In this document: one piece after another, positions 1-10,012 of the stretch
How positions within the stretch are numbered: position 1 is the first letter of the stretch
Layout of the letters: each line of letters opens with the position of its first letter
IMG/VR virus record: IMGVR_UViG_3300033149_003715
Location: 64,001 to 128,000 of that record
Reading direction: 5' to 3' (one strand)
Source: a virus
DNA length: 64,000 bases
Notes under the pieces: model-generated
The model's input: the letters and a program-made list of their open reading frames with translations, nothing else
Told to the model about the DNA's origin: nothing
Database searches by the model: none
Program-made: the position numbers and the translations under genes

Positions 1-78
1 TAGTTTAATAGCACGAGCAAATTCCTCCTTAGTACGTATATCTTTGCGAAAATTTATGCTTTTGTTTGTATTATTCAT
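1..78 (-). CDS. partial hypothetical protein (runs off left edge)
   Basis: ATG at 78; MNNTNKSINFRKDIRTKEEFARAIKL open to the window edge; same strand as neighbours. Confidence 0.45.
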   Translation of the reverse strand, partial: MNNTNKSINFRKDIRTKEEFARAIKL

Positions 79-179
79 GTTTTATTTTGTGGCTGAACAA
101 ACACCCGTTCTTGTTGCTAGATTGTATATTATTTTAGGCATTTTCAATCCACGCATTGTTGGCCATTCTAAATTTTTAT

Positions 180-1196
180 TTACTTATATATTTCCCGGTT
201 AGGATTACTCAAGTTATCATTTACATATTTCATTCCATGTTTATTAAGCAAGAAAAAAATATGTTCACATGCTGTCATATCTTGACCGTAATTATAGTAA
301 TTATCACGAAATTCTTGTTTTGCTGGCAGTAATCCGTTACTTATTTCGTAAAGTGATTTTTTTCCGGCATGACATAATTTACGACATTTCCATGATTTTT
401 TTTGTTGAGGGCATTGACAGTTTTTAATTTCTTCAAACTGTTTTTGTATCAAATGTTTAGTATGTTGTAAATCTTTTTCAGAAAATGGTACTGAAAACAA
501 GCCACCATGATCTGGATAGAATAATGAACATATAACATTCGTTTGTTTGTAAATTAAACTACATGCTAAATGATATATTTTAAGTTGTAAATCTACTTGT
601 ATATCTGCATAGGTTTTTTCTTGGCCAGTAATCCAATTTCTTCTTTGACCAGTTTTAAGATCGAAAACATTTAAAATATTGTCTTCATATAGTACCAAAT
701 CAATTATTCCCTTAAGTTTTAATTGTCCAGTAATGATTTTATTTTTGTATGTGTATTGGTATTTTGACCACGGTTCTTGAAATTCTATATCAAATCGTTT
801 TTCTGCATCAATTATTTTCCTATTACGCGGATCTAAATAACCATTTTCATATTCTATTACTTTATATACCCATCGCTTGATATCTTGAAAATCTGTTTGT
901 GTCCAATTGTGATTGGTATTATTATCATAATATTGATAAACTTGTTCTATAATCTTATCCAAATCGTATGAATCGCACAAAATATCGCCTACAATATCGT
1001 CTTGAATTTTTGAAACACAATTTTGCTGTGCTTTTTTAATTTTAGCTAATATTTCTATAATTTTATGTGCCGTCGTACCTTTATCTGCTTTAGAATTTGA
1101 TGGTCCAGTCCATTTTAATACGTATTCTATGTAGTATAGTAAAGGACACCATTTCCAGCGATTATACGATGAGCTACTGATATGTGTAATAATCAT
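180..1196 (-). CDS. PD-(D/E)XK / Cas4-like (RecB-family) exonuclease
   Basis: N-terminal SxSSY..W..CP, GIIDLV...VFDLKTG nuclease motifs, QLKIY, C-terminal Cys cluster (CRKLC). Confidence 0.8.
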   Translation of the reverse strand: MIITHISSSSYNRWKWCPLLYYIEYVLKWTGPSNSKADKGTTAHKIIEILAKIKKAQQNCVSKIQDDIVGDILCDSYDLDKIIEQVYQYYDNNTNHNWTQTDFQDIKRWVYKVIEYENGYLDPRNRKIIDAEKRFDIEFQEPWSKYQYTYKNKIITGQLKLKGIIDLVLYEDNILNVFDLKTGQRRNWITGQEKTYADIQVDLQLKIYHLACSLIYKQTNVICSLFYPDHGGLFSVPFSEKDLQHTKHLIQKQFEEIKNCQCPQQKKSWKCRKLCHAGKKSLYEISNGLLPAKQEFRDNYYNYGQDMTACEHIFFLLNKHGMKYVNDNLSNPNREIYK

Positions 1197-1200
1197 GTAA

Positions 1201-1566
1201 TTAAAATTGTTTTCCGTGTTTGTATGGTCTTTTTTGGTTATAAGTTATTTTATCTACAATAGCTTCAGCAATATTAAGTTGTCTTGCATGGGAAAAATCC
1301 ATTACACGAATAATCAAATCTGCCAATTCTACTTCTAATGATTTATACTTTGGTAATTTATCATCTTTTGGGTTACCATTTCGCAATGCTTCTAATGCTT
1401 CAGAAAGTTCGGAGTGCATTAAAGCAATCATTTCTCCATCATTTCTATCTTTTTTCCAAAATCCCTTTTCTTTTGCAACTTTGTGTGCATGATATTCCAT
1501 AGCATGAAAACCAGTAAGAAAAACATTAATATCAGCGTTACATAAACATGACTTAGATATATTCAT
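1201..1566 (-). CDS. MazG-like nucleotide pyrophosphohydrolase
   Basis: LMHSELSEALEA and EVELADLIIR motifs; N..R.YKHGK tail. Confidence 0.85.
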   Translation of the reverse strand: MNISKSCLCNADINVFLTGFHAMEYHAHKVAKEKGFWKKDRNDGEMIALMHSELSEALEALRNGNPKDDKLPKYKSLEVELADLIIRVMDFSHARQLNIAEAIVDKITYNQKRPYKHGKQF

Positions 1567-1578
1567 TATTAATGACTC

Positions 1579-2358
1579 CTAATCAAGTTGAATTTCTGGT
1601 ATAAAATCCCACTTTCTTAATAAAGGATAAAGATATATATTATTTTGCTCATATAAATCCATGTTTTTATTATCTATAACAGCATCAAATTTTTCCCAAT
1701 CATATCTATCTGGATCTAATAATATTTCACTAGTGTGTTGATCTTGATTTTCCAATGGATTTCTTGTGAATCGTATTACTTTACCATTAGCCTTTTGTAC
1801 AACTTCAACTTCATTTGGAAAGCGACAATCATCAATAATTGCTAACATTGGTGCGTCTTGATGTATACGGCGAATCGTAGCATTAGTCCAAATGTTATCA
1901 TCTATTTTGCGAAATATTTCTGTACCTATATATTGCATTACTTGTCTGGCTGTCATATATTCGCCATTTTGTTGACCATCATATCCTGGCATATTGTTCC
2001 ATTTTAAGTGCGTCAATGTATTTTTTTCTTCGTCAGAACCATAGCATTGTGAGTGCGTTAAACCTAATATAGTCATACAAACATCTCTCTTCAATAAATC
2101 AGCAAAACTATAAATTTTCACGTATGGATCAACATACTGTGTTAAAATTTCTTTCATAGCTGGCGTGTTTCTTTTAACGTCAAAAATACCTGCTCGTTTT
2201 ATGTCTCCGTTCCAATCTGAAATATGTAATTGTCCTGTATTCATTAGTGTAATTGTATCAACATAACCAAGTTTAGTTAAATATGCACCTAAAATATAAT
2301 TACATGCAGATGTTTTACCTGATTGTTTTTTTCCACTAAAAGCTAAAATGTTTGTCAT
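1579..2358 (-). CDS. deoxynucleoside monophosphate kinase
   Basis: P-loop FSGKKQSGKT, SFADLLK, R..MQ.IGTE, DDCRFPNE, HTSE. Confidence 0.85.
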   Translation of the reverse strand: MTNILAFSGKKQSGKTSACNYILGAYLTKLGYVDTITLMNTGQLHISDWNGDIKRAGIFDVKRNTPAMKEILTQYVDPYVKIYSFADLLKRDVCMTILGLTHSQCYGSDEEKNTLTHLKWNNMPGYDGQQNGEYMTARQVMQYIGTEIFRKIDDNIWTNATIRRIHQDAPMLAIIDDCRFPNEVEVVQKANGKVIRFTRNPLENQDQHTSEILLDPDRYDWEKFDAVIDNKNMDLYEQNNIYLYPLLRKWDFIPEIQLD

Positions 2359-3503
2359 GTATACGATTCCTTAATTTGTGGTTTAATGATATTATTTATT
2401 TGTTCTACTGTCATATCTCCAACATCATTATATTGGTTAGGTAATTTAATAGAATGAATATAATATTTATTATTTAATTGTTGTATAATTGATTGAGCAC
2501 CCTGATATCCAGCATTATCATTATCAAGTAGAAGATAAATTGTTAATGCTCCTGAAGTATTTAGTAAATATTCTTGGCCACTGCTTAAATGATTACCAAA
2601 TAATCCCACACTATTATATATACCACTTTCTTGTAATCTCCAAACATTACCTGGTGATTCTACCAAAATGGCAATTCTTTTTTGTGCAATGTATTTACGA
2701 GCAAACCAATAATTGTATAAATGATTTGCTCCCTTAAAATTGTGACTATGTTTCCATTTAGACCATTGACCTTTTTCTTTTTTTGTTGGACATGGTAATG
2801 TTTTAGGATGCCACATTTTACATAAAGAACACCTAGGATATAATGTTCGTCCTGTACAACCAACCAAATAACGATATTGATTGTCGTATATAGGCACTAC
2901 TACTCTATTATACATTGGTTTTTTATGATTGACACATAATCCAACATCATATTTATCTAATACAGATGACGAATAACCACGCTTTAAATAGTATTCTGAA
3001 GGAATTTTCAATAGTTGACGAACTTTGTTCCTAGTAATATTTGTATATTTATTTTCAGTGGGTATATTATTAACATATTGAATAAATTCTTCTGAATGAC
3101 TGATTGTGTGATTATATGTGTTTGATTTGACTTCCAATTGATTCGGATTAATTTTGAGAAATGAATATATAAATTGTAATGTATCATTAAATGATATTAT
3201 TTTGTCACCAAATCCTGACCAATTGTATCGTTGTTTAGATAACAAACCTCTAACAAAACCAATAATAGTATTAACAAATTGTTGTTCGCAATGTTGTGTG
3301 TAACAAATCCAATGACCTTTACGATTATCTCCGTTATAATAAATGTTTAAAGCACTTTCATTATCTCCACCATGTATAGGGCAACAACCCACATACATTT
3401 TTCTAGTACGACGTAATGATAACTTAAAAAACTCAAGCAATTTATCCAATTTGTCTGTAAGCTGATTAGATATTTCATTTAATTGTATTTGTGATAACTT
3501 CAT
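2355..3503 (-). CDS. dnaG: DNA primase (DnaG-type)
   Basis: CPIH...C..C zinc finger, RVVVPI, TOPRIM VESP and DND.AG motifs. Confidence 0.9.
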   Translation of the reverse strand: MKLSQIQLNEISNQLTDKLDKLLEFFKLSLRRTRKMYVGCCPIHGGDNESALNIYYNGDNRKGHWICYTQHCEQQFVNTIIGFVRGLLSKQRYNWSGFGDKIISFNDTLQFIYSFLKINPNQLEVKSNTYNHTISHSEEFIQYVNNIPTENKYTNITRNKVRQLLKIPSEYYLKRGYSSSVLDKYDVGLCVNHKKPMYNRVVVPIYDNQYRYLVGCTGRTLYPRCSLCKMWHPKTLPCPTKKEKGQWSKWKHSHNFKGANHLYNYWFARKYIAQKRIAILVESPGNVWRLQESGIYNSVGLFGNHLSSGQEYLLNTSGALTIYLLLDNDNAGYQGAQSIIQQLNNKYYIHSIKLPNQYNDVGDMTVEQINNIIKPQIKESYT

Positions 3504-3760
3504 TCATTATATAATTCTTGAATTAGTTTGACCAATATATCTCCATGACATTTATAAGGACGACACCAACAACCTAAAGTTTTACCTTTTAATTCTTTCA
3601 GTTTGGCTAATAAATGTGGTTGACTACGAATCCAATTTTCATATTTTTGTATCACTTCTTCTCGTGTACCATCTTTTCCAATTACAAATGGATTACCCCA
3701 TGGTCCAGGTCTACCTATATAGACATCATAGGGTTCCTTTTTACAATGTACAACTTTCAT
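3500..3760 (-). CDS. DUF4326-family protein
   Basis: VYIGRP..WGNPF and LKGKTLGCWC.P..CHGD motifs. Confidence 0.85.
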   Translation of the reverse strand: MKVVHCKKEPYDVYIGRPGPWGNPFVIGKDGTREEVIQKYENWIRSQPHLLAKLKELKGKTLGCWCRPYKCHGDILVKLIQELYNE

Positions 3761-3765
3761 AACGT

Positions 3766-5202
3766 TTATTCCTCATATTTATCCAAAAAACCATTTTTGT
3801 CAATTTTTTGTTTGTGTTCAATTTCGTAATTAGTTTCTCCTTCTTTGATTTGAGCACACCAACCTTTCATAATACAATTAATATATTCTCCAGCACGTAA
3901 ACCAGCACCGTGTCTGCTTACAATTGGTACTAGTTTACGATTACCATGTTGCGGACCATCTTTTGCTATTTCAGTATCTGATTTTTCTTTTAAAATTGTA
4001 AAATTTGAACATAACCAAATGATGCGATCAGAACCACTGGCAGTATCAGTACTTTCTTTGGTAATTCCATCTCTATTTAATTGAATAAAAGCTAAAATTG
4101 GTATTTTGTATCTTGTAGCAAAATTATGCAATGTTGTCATTAAAAATCCTAAAGCTTGAAACTCTTTAAGATCTTTATTTATATATGAAGTATCCATAAG
4201 TTTGAGATAATCGTATATAATTACACATGGTTTTGCTGTGCCATCTGTATGTAATCCAACTTCTCTAATTAACCATCTTCTCATAATAGCCAACTGATCT
4301 TCTATTGGTTTACCAGCAATACTTTTATGATATAGAGGCATTTTTTCTAATTTTTGTTTTATTTGGAATATTGAATCTTTTTTTGCTAAATCTTTACCAA
4401 ATTGACCAGTTTCAATGTCATTGATTGGTATTTCCGTCATCAATGCTAACGTTCTATGAATATGGTCCTCTTTAGTCATTTCAGTATCCATATTTAACAC
4501 TGGAATTTTTAAAGTACCAGCAATATGATAACCAATATTATCTGATAAAATAGTTTTACCTACCTTACTACGAGCACCAATTACATTTATTGTTGCTGGT
4601 CTTAATCCACCACCTATTGCTTGATCAAATGTGGGAAATCCAGTAGAAATGCCCACTTGTTCTTGAGGATCATTCATTAGGTACGTTAGATAATTATGTA
4701 TATCTTTACCTAATGTAGATGGAATGTCCTCCACATTGTTTAACCAAGACGTAAAATTAAAAATAGACTCTTCAGCAAGACCTAAAATATGTGTGATAGT
4801 TTCATCGCCAGTTAAGTGTGTAAGTTTATCTTTAGTAATTTCTAATTGTGTATGTAGTGATTTTGCAATTTCTAATTTACGTAATTTAGCTGCAAATTTA
4901 CGCACATTATCCAAACTAATCGGAAATTGAAATAATGATTGTATATATTTAGCATGTTTAGATAATTGATAACTAAATCCTAAATGATGTGCTGATGACT
5001 GAATTACCGCTGGATCTATAATTATACTCTCATCTTGCTCAATAGCTCTTTTAATGCATCGAAAAAGTATAATATGAATTTCATCATTAAAACTTGTTTC
5101 TTGAATTAAATCAATTATATCATAATATACAGTACTATTGTATTGACACAATCCGGCAAGTATGGCACGTTCAGAAGGTATATCTGCAAATAGCAGAGAC
5201 AT
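3766..5202 (-). CDS. dnaB: replicative DNA helicase (DnaB family)
   Basis: ERAILAGL, GISTGF..FD..IGG, Walker A ARSKVGKT, DTEM, IYDYLKL, QLNR. Confidence 0.92.
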   Translation of the reverse strand: MSLLFADIPSERAILAGLCQYNSTVYYDIIDLIQETSFNDEIHIILFRCIKRAIEQDESIIIDPAVIQSSAHHLGFSYQLSKHAKYIQSLFQFPISLDNVRKFAAKLRKLEIAKSLHTQLEITKDKLTHLTGDETITHILGLAEESIFNFTSWLNNVEDIPSTLGKDIHNYLTYLMNDPQEQVGISTGFPTFDQAIGGGLRPATINVIGARSKVGKTILSDNIGYHIAGTLKIPVLNMDTEMTKEDHIHRTLALMTEIPINDIETGQFGKDLAKKDSIFQIKQKLEKMPLYHKSIAGKPIEDQLAIMRRWLIREVGLHTDGTAKPCVIIYDYLKLMDTSYINKDLKEFQALGFLMTTLHNFATRYKIPILAFIQLNRDGITKESTDTASGSDRIIWLCSNFTILKEKSDTEIAKDGPQHGNRKLVPIVSRHGAGLRAGEYINCIMKGWCAQIKEGETNYEIEHKQKIDKNGFLDKYEE

Positions 5203-5205
5203 ATT

Positions 5206-5697
5206 TTATCCTCCTATGCAATTATCGCATGTGTATAACCATTCTCTTGTATCTGGATCTCTCATAATCATTGATCTATTAACAGTATACTCTTGGCCAC
5301 ATACTCTGCATATCACATTAACTAAATTTGAAGAACGTATCCTAGGAGTTATGTCTAATCCAGCAGATAATTTCCTATCTATAATAGAATCCTTTTTGTA
5401 CATATTATATTCAATCATTTCTAAAAATTTGTTAGGTCTATTACCAGAGGTATCAAAGCTTTTTATGCGTGTTGGTACTGAACGTGATTTTTTTGGCCGT
5501 GGTGTTTCTTGACCTTTTTGAATTCGTTTTACATGTTGTTTTTGTTTAGAATGTTTTTTTTGTTTTCTGTATGCCGATCTGCCCTTATGTTTTTTTGTTG
5601 ACTTAACTTTATTTGTTAAATGTTGGATAAGAATTTCTATTTCTTCTTGCGTTAAGTTGTCAACAACGTTTAGTATATCAGGTTGTTTTTGACTCAT
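5206..5697 (-). CDS. hypothetical basic protein with C-terminal zinc ribbon
   Basis: CRVCG...CDNC; tightly packed in operon. Confidence 0.6.
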   Translation of the reverse strand: MSQKQPDILNVVDNLTQEEIEILIQHLTNKVKSTKKHKGRSAYRKQKKHSKQKQHVKRIQKGQETPRPKKSRSVPTRIKSFDTSGNRPNKFLEMIEYNMYKKDSIIDRKLSAGLDITPRIRSSNLVNVICRVCGQEYTVNRSMIMRDPDTREWLYTCDNCIGG

Positions 5698-6188
5698 TTG
5701 TTTCTACCTATAGCTAAAATAGTTTCCGCTAGATGTTTAATTGATGTAGACAGAAATTCTAACCTTCTTATTCTTTGGTCAGCATAATAATAAATTCCAT
5801 ATATCTTATTAATTTCCTGATCTTGACGTGCTAATATAGCAATTTTACTTTCAAACGGAACGTAATTAAACTGTTGATTGGATGATGTACTTAAATAATC
5901 TGCAATGTATTTATGTAAACTTTTTTTAGACCATGATAACCGAGATTGTTCTCGATTGTATAATCTTTGAATGTAAAAAGCAAATTGCGACAATCTATAT
6001 GCTATTTCCGCACATTGATCTTTTGTGAGTTTTTCCAGAACATTGCGTGGCATTGATAAATATTGCTGCAATTCATCTTCTGTTCCAGGTGCATGTAATT
6101 TTGGTAAACCATGTTGATTTTCATATTCATCTAATGCCTGTTGTACTGCATCCATGCGTTGTATATTGGAGTTTATTGTACCACTCAT
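5694..6188 (-). CDS. hypothetical helical protein (possible recombination mediator)
   Basis: coiled-coil character; lies between recA and dnaB; function is inference. Confidence 0.5.
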   Translation of the reverse strand: MSGTINSNIQRMDAVQQALDEYENQHGLPKLHAPGTEDELQQYLSMPRNVLEKLTKDQCAEIAYRLSQFAFYIQRLYNREQSRLSWSKKSLHKYIADYLSTSSNQQFNYVPFESKIAILARQDQEINKIYGIYYYADQRIRRLEFLSTSIKHLAETILAIGRNK

Positions 6189-6558
6189 TTATGTTTTCAT
6201 TATATTGAAAAATTATTAACTTGATATTGTTAAGTATACACCACTCTTTTTTTTCCCTATCTCTTTTTTTACTTTGTACAAATTGTAATTTCGTTTTGTG
6301 AAAATGTGGTACATATTTAAAATGTTGTTCACCATGAACTTCTATTGCAATTTTATACAATGGAATATAAAAATCAAGATACAAATTTTGTTTCAATCTG
6401 ATTGGTATTGTAACTTCATTTAATATTTGTGCCGTTGGATATGTATTGTGTAATACTTCATAAGCAGTATAATGATATTTAGACTTATAATTACCAACTT
6501 TTGTTTTACCTCGAATAATCCAATGTTGTTCTTTGCCATCTAATCCAAAAACTTTCAT
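6127..6558 (-). CDS. restriction-fold endonuclease (DUF559/Vsr-like)
   Basis: LDFYIP..KIAIEVHGEQH and RD..K..WC..N.I.L motifs. Confidence 0.75.
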   Translation of the reverse strand: MKVFGLDGKEQHWIIRGKTKVGNYKSKYHYTAYEVLHNTYPTAQILNEVTIPIRLKQNLYLDFYIPLYKIAIEVHGEQHFKYVPHFHKTKLQFVQSKKRDREKKEWCILNNIKLIIFQYNENINEWYNKLQYTTHGCSTTGIR

Positions 6559-7586
6559 TACACACACATTTCTTTTACTTGTGTATATAGTTTATGATAT
6601 AAGTCTTGATTATTAAGTAAAAAATCTTTTGTTTTTTCTATACCTTGACCTAGATTTTTATTGTTATAGCTTAGCCAAGCACCACTTTTTTTAATAATAC
6701 CTAAATCTGTAGCTAATTCGATTATTTCTGCTTCTTTGTCCAACCCGTAATTATATCGTAATTTTGAAGTGCATTTACCTCCAGGTGGTCCTAATGCTGA
6801 TGTTTCGCAAATCCAATGCACATCTTGTCCAATCTGTGTATCCCTAGTTTCCCAAGGTGAAAAATGGGTGCATTTTAATTTTACATCTGCTTGATATTGT
6901 ATTTTACGTCCTGATGCTTCTGTCCATTTAGTATATCCTTGACCTTGATTGGCAATGATGTGTGTAATGCCGATGAAAATAATTTTATTAGTAGCTATTA
7001 CATTACTAATCCTCTTACAAAAGTTCGCTAAAAGTAGAGGGGTATCATCACGATAACGTCCCTCAATATTTGAATCAAAACGACCTTTTGTGCATAAGGC
7101 TGAAAAAGAATCAATAATAAATACATCACCAGGGCAAGCATTTATTAATTTTTCGGCAATATCTATATTCATTTCAGCGGTTAAGATATTGCCAAGTGTA
7201 GATTTAATAACAGTAAATCGTTCTTTAGAAATATTTAGGTGATGTATACCTTTTAAGTCTCTGCCTTTGATGCGTCCTTCAATATTGAAATAATAAATAT
7301 GTCGCCCTTCTGGCCTACCAATATCACATTTGTATTGAGGTTGTTGAGCAGTGGCCGCAAAATCCAATGCAGAAATAGTTTTTCCACATTTTGGTGGTCC
7401 GGTAGTAATTACAAAACTACCTTCCGGAATTCCACCTCCTAAAATAATATCTAACTTTGGGCTGACTGGAATTATTAAATCTTGTGTATCAATAATTGAT
7501 TGGCCGCTAACTAATATATTATCACCAAATTCTTTAATAATAGTATTTTCAATGTTAACAGGTTGTATAGATTTCTTTTTACCCAT
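6558..7586 (-). CDS. recA: RecA/UvsX recombinase
   Basis: LDIILGGGIPEG, Walker A GPPKCGKT, IIDS, GII.KSGAWLSY, GQG. Confidence 0.9.
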   Translation of the reverse strand: MGKKKSIQPVNIENTIIKEFGDNILVSGQSIIDTQDLIIPVSPKLDIILGGGIPEGSFVITTGPPKCGKTISALDFAATAQQPQYKCDIGRPEGRHIYYFNIEGRIKGRDLKGIHHLNISKERFTVIKSTLGNILTAEMNIDIAEKLINACPGDVFIIDSFSALCTKGRFDSNIEGRYRDDTPLLLANFCKRISNVIATNKIIFIGITHIIANQGQGYTKWTEASGRKIQYQADVKLKCTHFSPWETRDTQIGQDVHWICETSALGPPGGKCTSKLRYNYGLDKEAEIIELATDLGIIKKSGAWLSYNNKNLGQGIEKTKDFLLNNQDLYHKLYTQVKEMCV

Positions 7587-7989
7587 CTAACTGATTTAGC
7601 TTATCTATAATATTGTTGGTTGGTTGACGTGAACGTATTTTTGAATGAACAGTTTGCCTATTAATTATGCTTGGTTTTGTATCTTGTACTAATTTTTTTT
7701 CTTCTTGTTGAATAATGTTCTCTAGATATTTAGAAAATATAGAATAACGATTTTTCATTAATGGACTATTCAATGCATTAATGATTGCTCGTACATCATA
7801 TTTTTTGAGTAAACTGTGTACCTTACGTAAATTTTTTTTGAAAAACGCTTTCCATTCTGGTAACGTCCAAAATTTAAGTGGCAACTCATAACCATCAAAT
7901 TGTGCTTTTTTTTCGCATAGTAACTCTATAATATATTGTGCCGCAGTAATCTCTTTATCTGGAGAATATCGAGATTGGTATTTCATCAA
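7579..7989 (-). CDS. hypothetical protein
   Basis: 136-aa ORF overlapping recA start. Confidence 0.6.
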   Translation of the reverse strand: MMKYQSRYSPDKEITAAQYIIELLCEKKAQFDGYELPLKFWTLPEWKAFFKKNLRKVHSLLKKYDVRAIINALNSPLMKNRYSIFSKYLENIIQQEEKKLVQDTKPSIINRQTVHSKIRSRQPTNNIIDKLNQLDG

Positions 7990-7997
7990 TTGATACC

Positions 7998-8489
7998 TTA
8001 TTCGATTTTACCAGTTTCCATATTAAAAATATGACCTTTGATACTACGAGATTTTGTTTTTGGCATATTTTTCTTAAATTCGTCAGCTAACTGAGATGCT
8101 GCTTCTGTCATTATAGTTATATTATTTTTTTTGTTTGGTTCGTCTTCATTGGGTTTTTTATGAGTCATTAAATCTTTCATAGTAGTTTTGGATTTATTCT
8201 TTGGTTTTGATGGAAGTTGTGATTTCAATTCTTTTATCACACGTTCCTTTTTTTCAATAGTTTTGTGGGCCTTAGCAAGATCTTTTTCTAGACCCTTAGC
8301 AATTTCGTCGTTGGTTAATGCTGATTTGACAATTCCTTTTACGGTTTTGTCTAATTCTGTATCTATATATTTTTGAATAGAAACTTCTGAACGACCAAGA
8401 ATATTACTAATTTCTTTGACCGTTTTTTTATGATAGCACATGCCTTGTATGGCAAATTTTTCTTGTAATGTTAATCTACCGCGTTTCAT
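7998..8489 (-). CDS. HTH-domain protein
   Basis: N-terminal LT..EK..I......TVKEIS..LGRS..SI HTH pattern; GGAG RBS. Confidence 0.6.
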   Translation of the reverse strand: MKRGRLTLQEKFAIQGMCYHKKTVKEISNILGRSEVSIQKYIDTELDKTVKGIVKSALTNDEIAKGLEKDLAKAHKTIEKKERVIKELKSQLPSKPKNKSKTTMKDLMTHKKPNEDEPNKKNNITIMTEAASQLADEFKKNMPKTKSRSIKGHIFNMETGKIE

Positions 8490-8506
8490 AATAATCTCCC
8501 ATTAAT

Positions 8507-8986
8507 TTATATTACTTCTCTATTAGCATTTTTTAACCATGCTGGATTACGTGTTTTGAGAAAGTTCAAATAGAACATGAATGTTTTATAACCTACTTCC
8601 ATGAATTTATATAAATCAACACCAGCACGCTGTTTTTTCGCATGTCTATTTTCATCATACATTCCAGTAGGATTATAAAAACCATCTCTGCCACATTTAA
8701 TAAAATATCTATATGTATTATGACTTTTTACTGATTTAGCATACGCATTATCCAATTGATCTGCATATGTATAATTTCCATCTGCATATTCTATATCGTA
8801 TAACAGTGGAAATCCGTCTTTGTTTGGTTGACCATGTTCGTTAACTAATTCATCTTCTTGACCTTTTATTGTAAAAACTAATGTCTGTTGTACTGGCAAT
8901 TCATTTAGTTGTGCTTGTTTATTTTCATTTGGTCGCCATATTGCTTTTTCCATTTCTTCTTGACGAATTCTATGATGTTGTACCAT
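8507..8986 (-). CDS. hypothetical protein
   Basis: 159-aa ORF with GAGGAG RBS. Confidence 0.6.
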   Translation of the reverse strand: MVQHHRIRQEEMEKAIWRPNENKQAQLNELPVQQTLVFTIKGQEDELVNEHGQPNKDGFPLLYDIEYADGNYTYADQLDNAYAKSVKSHNTYRYFIKCGRDGFYNPTGMYDENRHAKKQRAGVDLYKFMEVGYKTFMFYLNFLKTRNPAWLKNANREVI

Positions 8987-9212
8987 GATTATACTCCTCT
9001 TTTATTATTTGTGAAATTTGTTTAATTAGTTTCTCTACTTCTTCTTTGCAATTCTGCAAGGAATTATTAGATAGGATATATGAATGACTAATCTTTTTAA
9101 TAGGTATCCCGGATACTTTGCCGTCTGGTAAAAGTTCCATAATTTCTGCTTTAAGCAAGATAACAGCTTTGTGTGGAATTTTTTTCTGATTTTTATTTTT
9201 GTTGGTGTCCAT
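8970..9212 (-). CDS. hypothetical protein
   Basis: 80-aa ORF in packed operon. Confidence 0.5.
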   Translation of the reverse strand: MDTNKNKNQKKIPHKAVILLKAEIMELLPDGKVSGIPIKKISHSYILSNNSLQNCKEEVEKLIKQISQIIKEEYNHGTTS

Positions 9213-9442
9213 TTTTCTAATACTTCTTGAAGTAAGTTTCGATATTGACGTGGTATAATTGTAAAAATTTCGTCATCGCTTTCAAAGTGTATAAAATTTC
9301 CACGATCACTTAACGGTAAATCAGGTGGTATTGGTTCCTGATGTAAATAATCTTGTAACGTATATTCACTTGGACAATGCTCGTGAAGATTATCTTGAGA
9401 TATAACTATAGGATTATGTTTTTTTGTAGGAATGTTTATCAT
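9035..9442 (-). CDS. hypothetical protein
   Basis: 135-aa ORF; 3' third overlaps the next gene, so C-terminus uncertain. Confidence 0.4.
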   Translation of the reverse strand: MINIPTKKHNPIVISQDNLHEHCPSEYTLQDYLHQEPIPPDLPLSDRGNFIHFESDDEIFTIIPRQYRNLLQEVLEKWTPTKIKIRKKFHTKLLSCLKQKLWNFYQTAKYPGYLLKRLVIHISYLIIPCRIAKKK

Positions 9443-9779
9443 GTTCTTGTTTTCTCATCCTTGTCATACCTTTTGGTAATTCTGGTTTAGGTTGAAATTT
9501 ATACTCGTTATGTTTGTAGTTAAGATAGGCTTTTTCGTCATCACTTAACCGATCTCTATTGCGTTCTGCTAATTGCCCTAAAGTAATTTGATCATCACCT
9601 TTGATTACAGAATGTGTCATTCCCGCTAAATCATCAGATAAACTTCTTTTTACTGGTTGAACTTTATGGCATTGTGGACATTGTTGTGTTTCTGAATATT
9701 CACACATATACATGAATATTGTAAATTTATGACCACATCCATTATTTTCTTTGTCGCAATAGAAAGTGTATTCTGGCAT
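9414..9779 (-). CDS. FmdB-like zinc-ribbon protein
   Basis: MPEYTFYC.....CGH.F...CPQC pattern. Confidence 0.75.
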   Translation of the reverse strand: MPEYTFYCDKENNGCGHKFTIFMYMCEYSETQQCPQCHKVQPVKRSLSDDLAGMTHSVIKGDDQITLGQLAERNRDRLSDDEKAYLNYKHNEYKFQPKPELPKGMTRMRKQEHDKHSYKKT

Positions 9780-9866
9780 AGTGATTCCTATATATTACTA
9801 GGTTGATAAACATTATAATCTTAAATAGTTATTTTTGACAAAAATTTGGGCTTGCTAGGCGTGTAG

Positions 9867-10012
9867 ATAGCCTCCAGAATCTTACCGTTAATATTCTATA
9901 CAGCGAAAATAAACACGCATTTCAAAATAGATATATTATCACTAGTAGCGGGTATGGGTCAAAAACAATGTTTTTTACGTAACTTTAGGATTGGTAAGGA
10001 GTTATATTTTTT
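9867..10012. repeat. dispersed intergenic repeat R1, copy 1
   Basis: gapless similarity to 50468..50613 (6 mismatches in first 47 nt). Confidence 0.8.

Noticed and set aside
180-1196. CRISPR-Cas system suggested by the Cas4-like nuclease
   Set aside because: No repeat-spacer array or other cas genes seen; solo Cas4-like nucleases are common in phage replication blocks.
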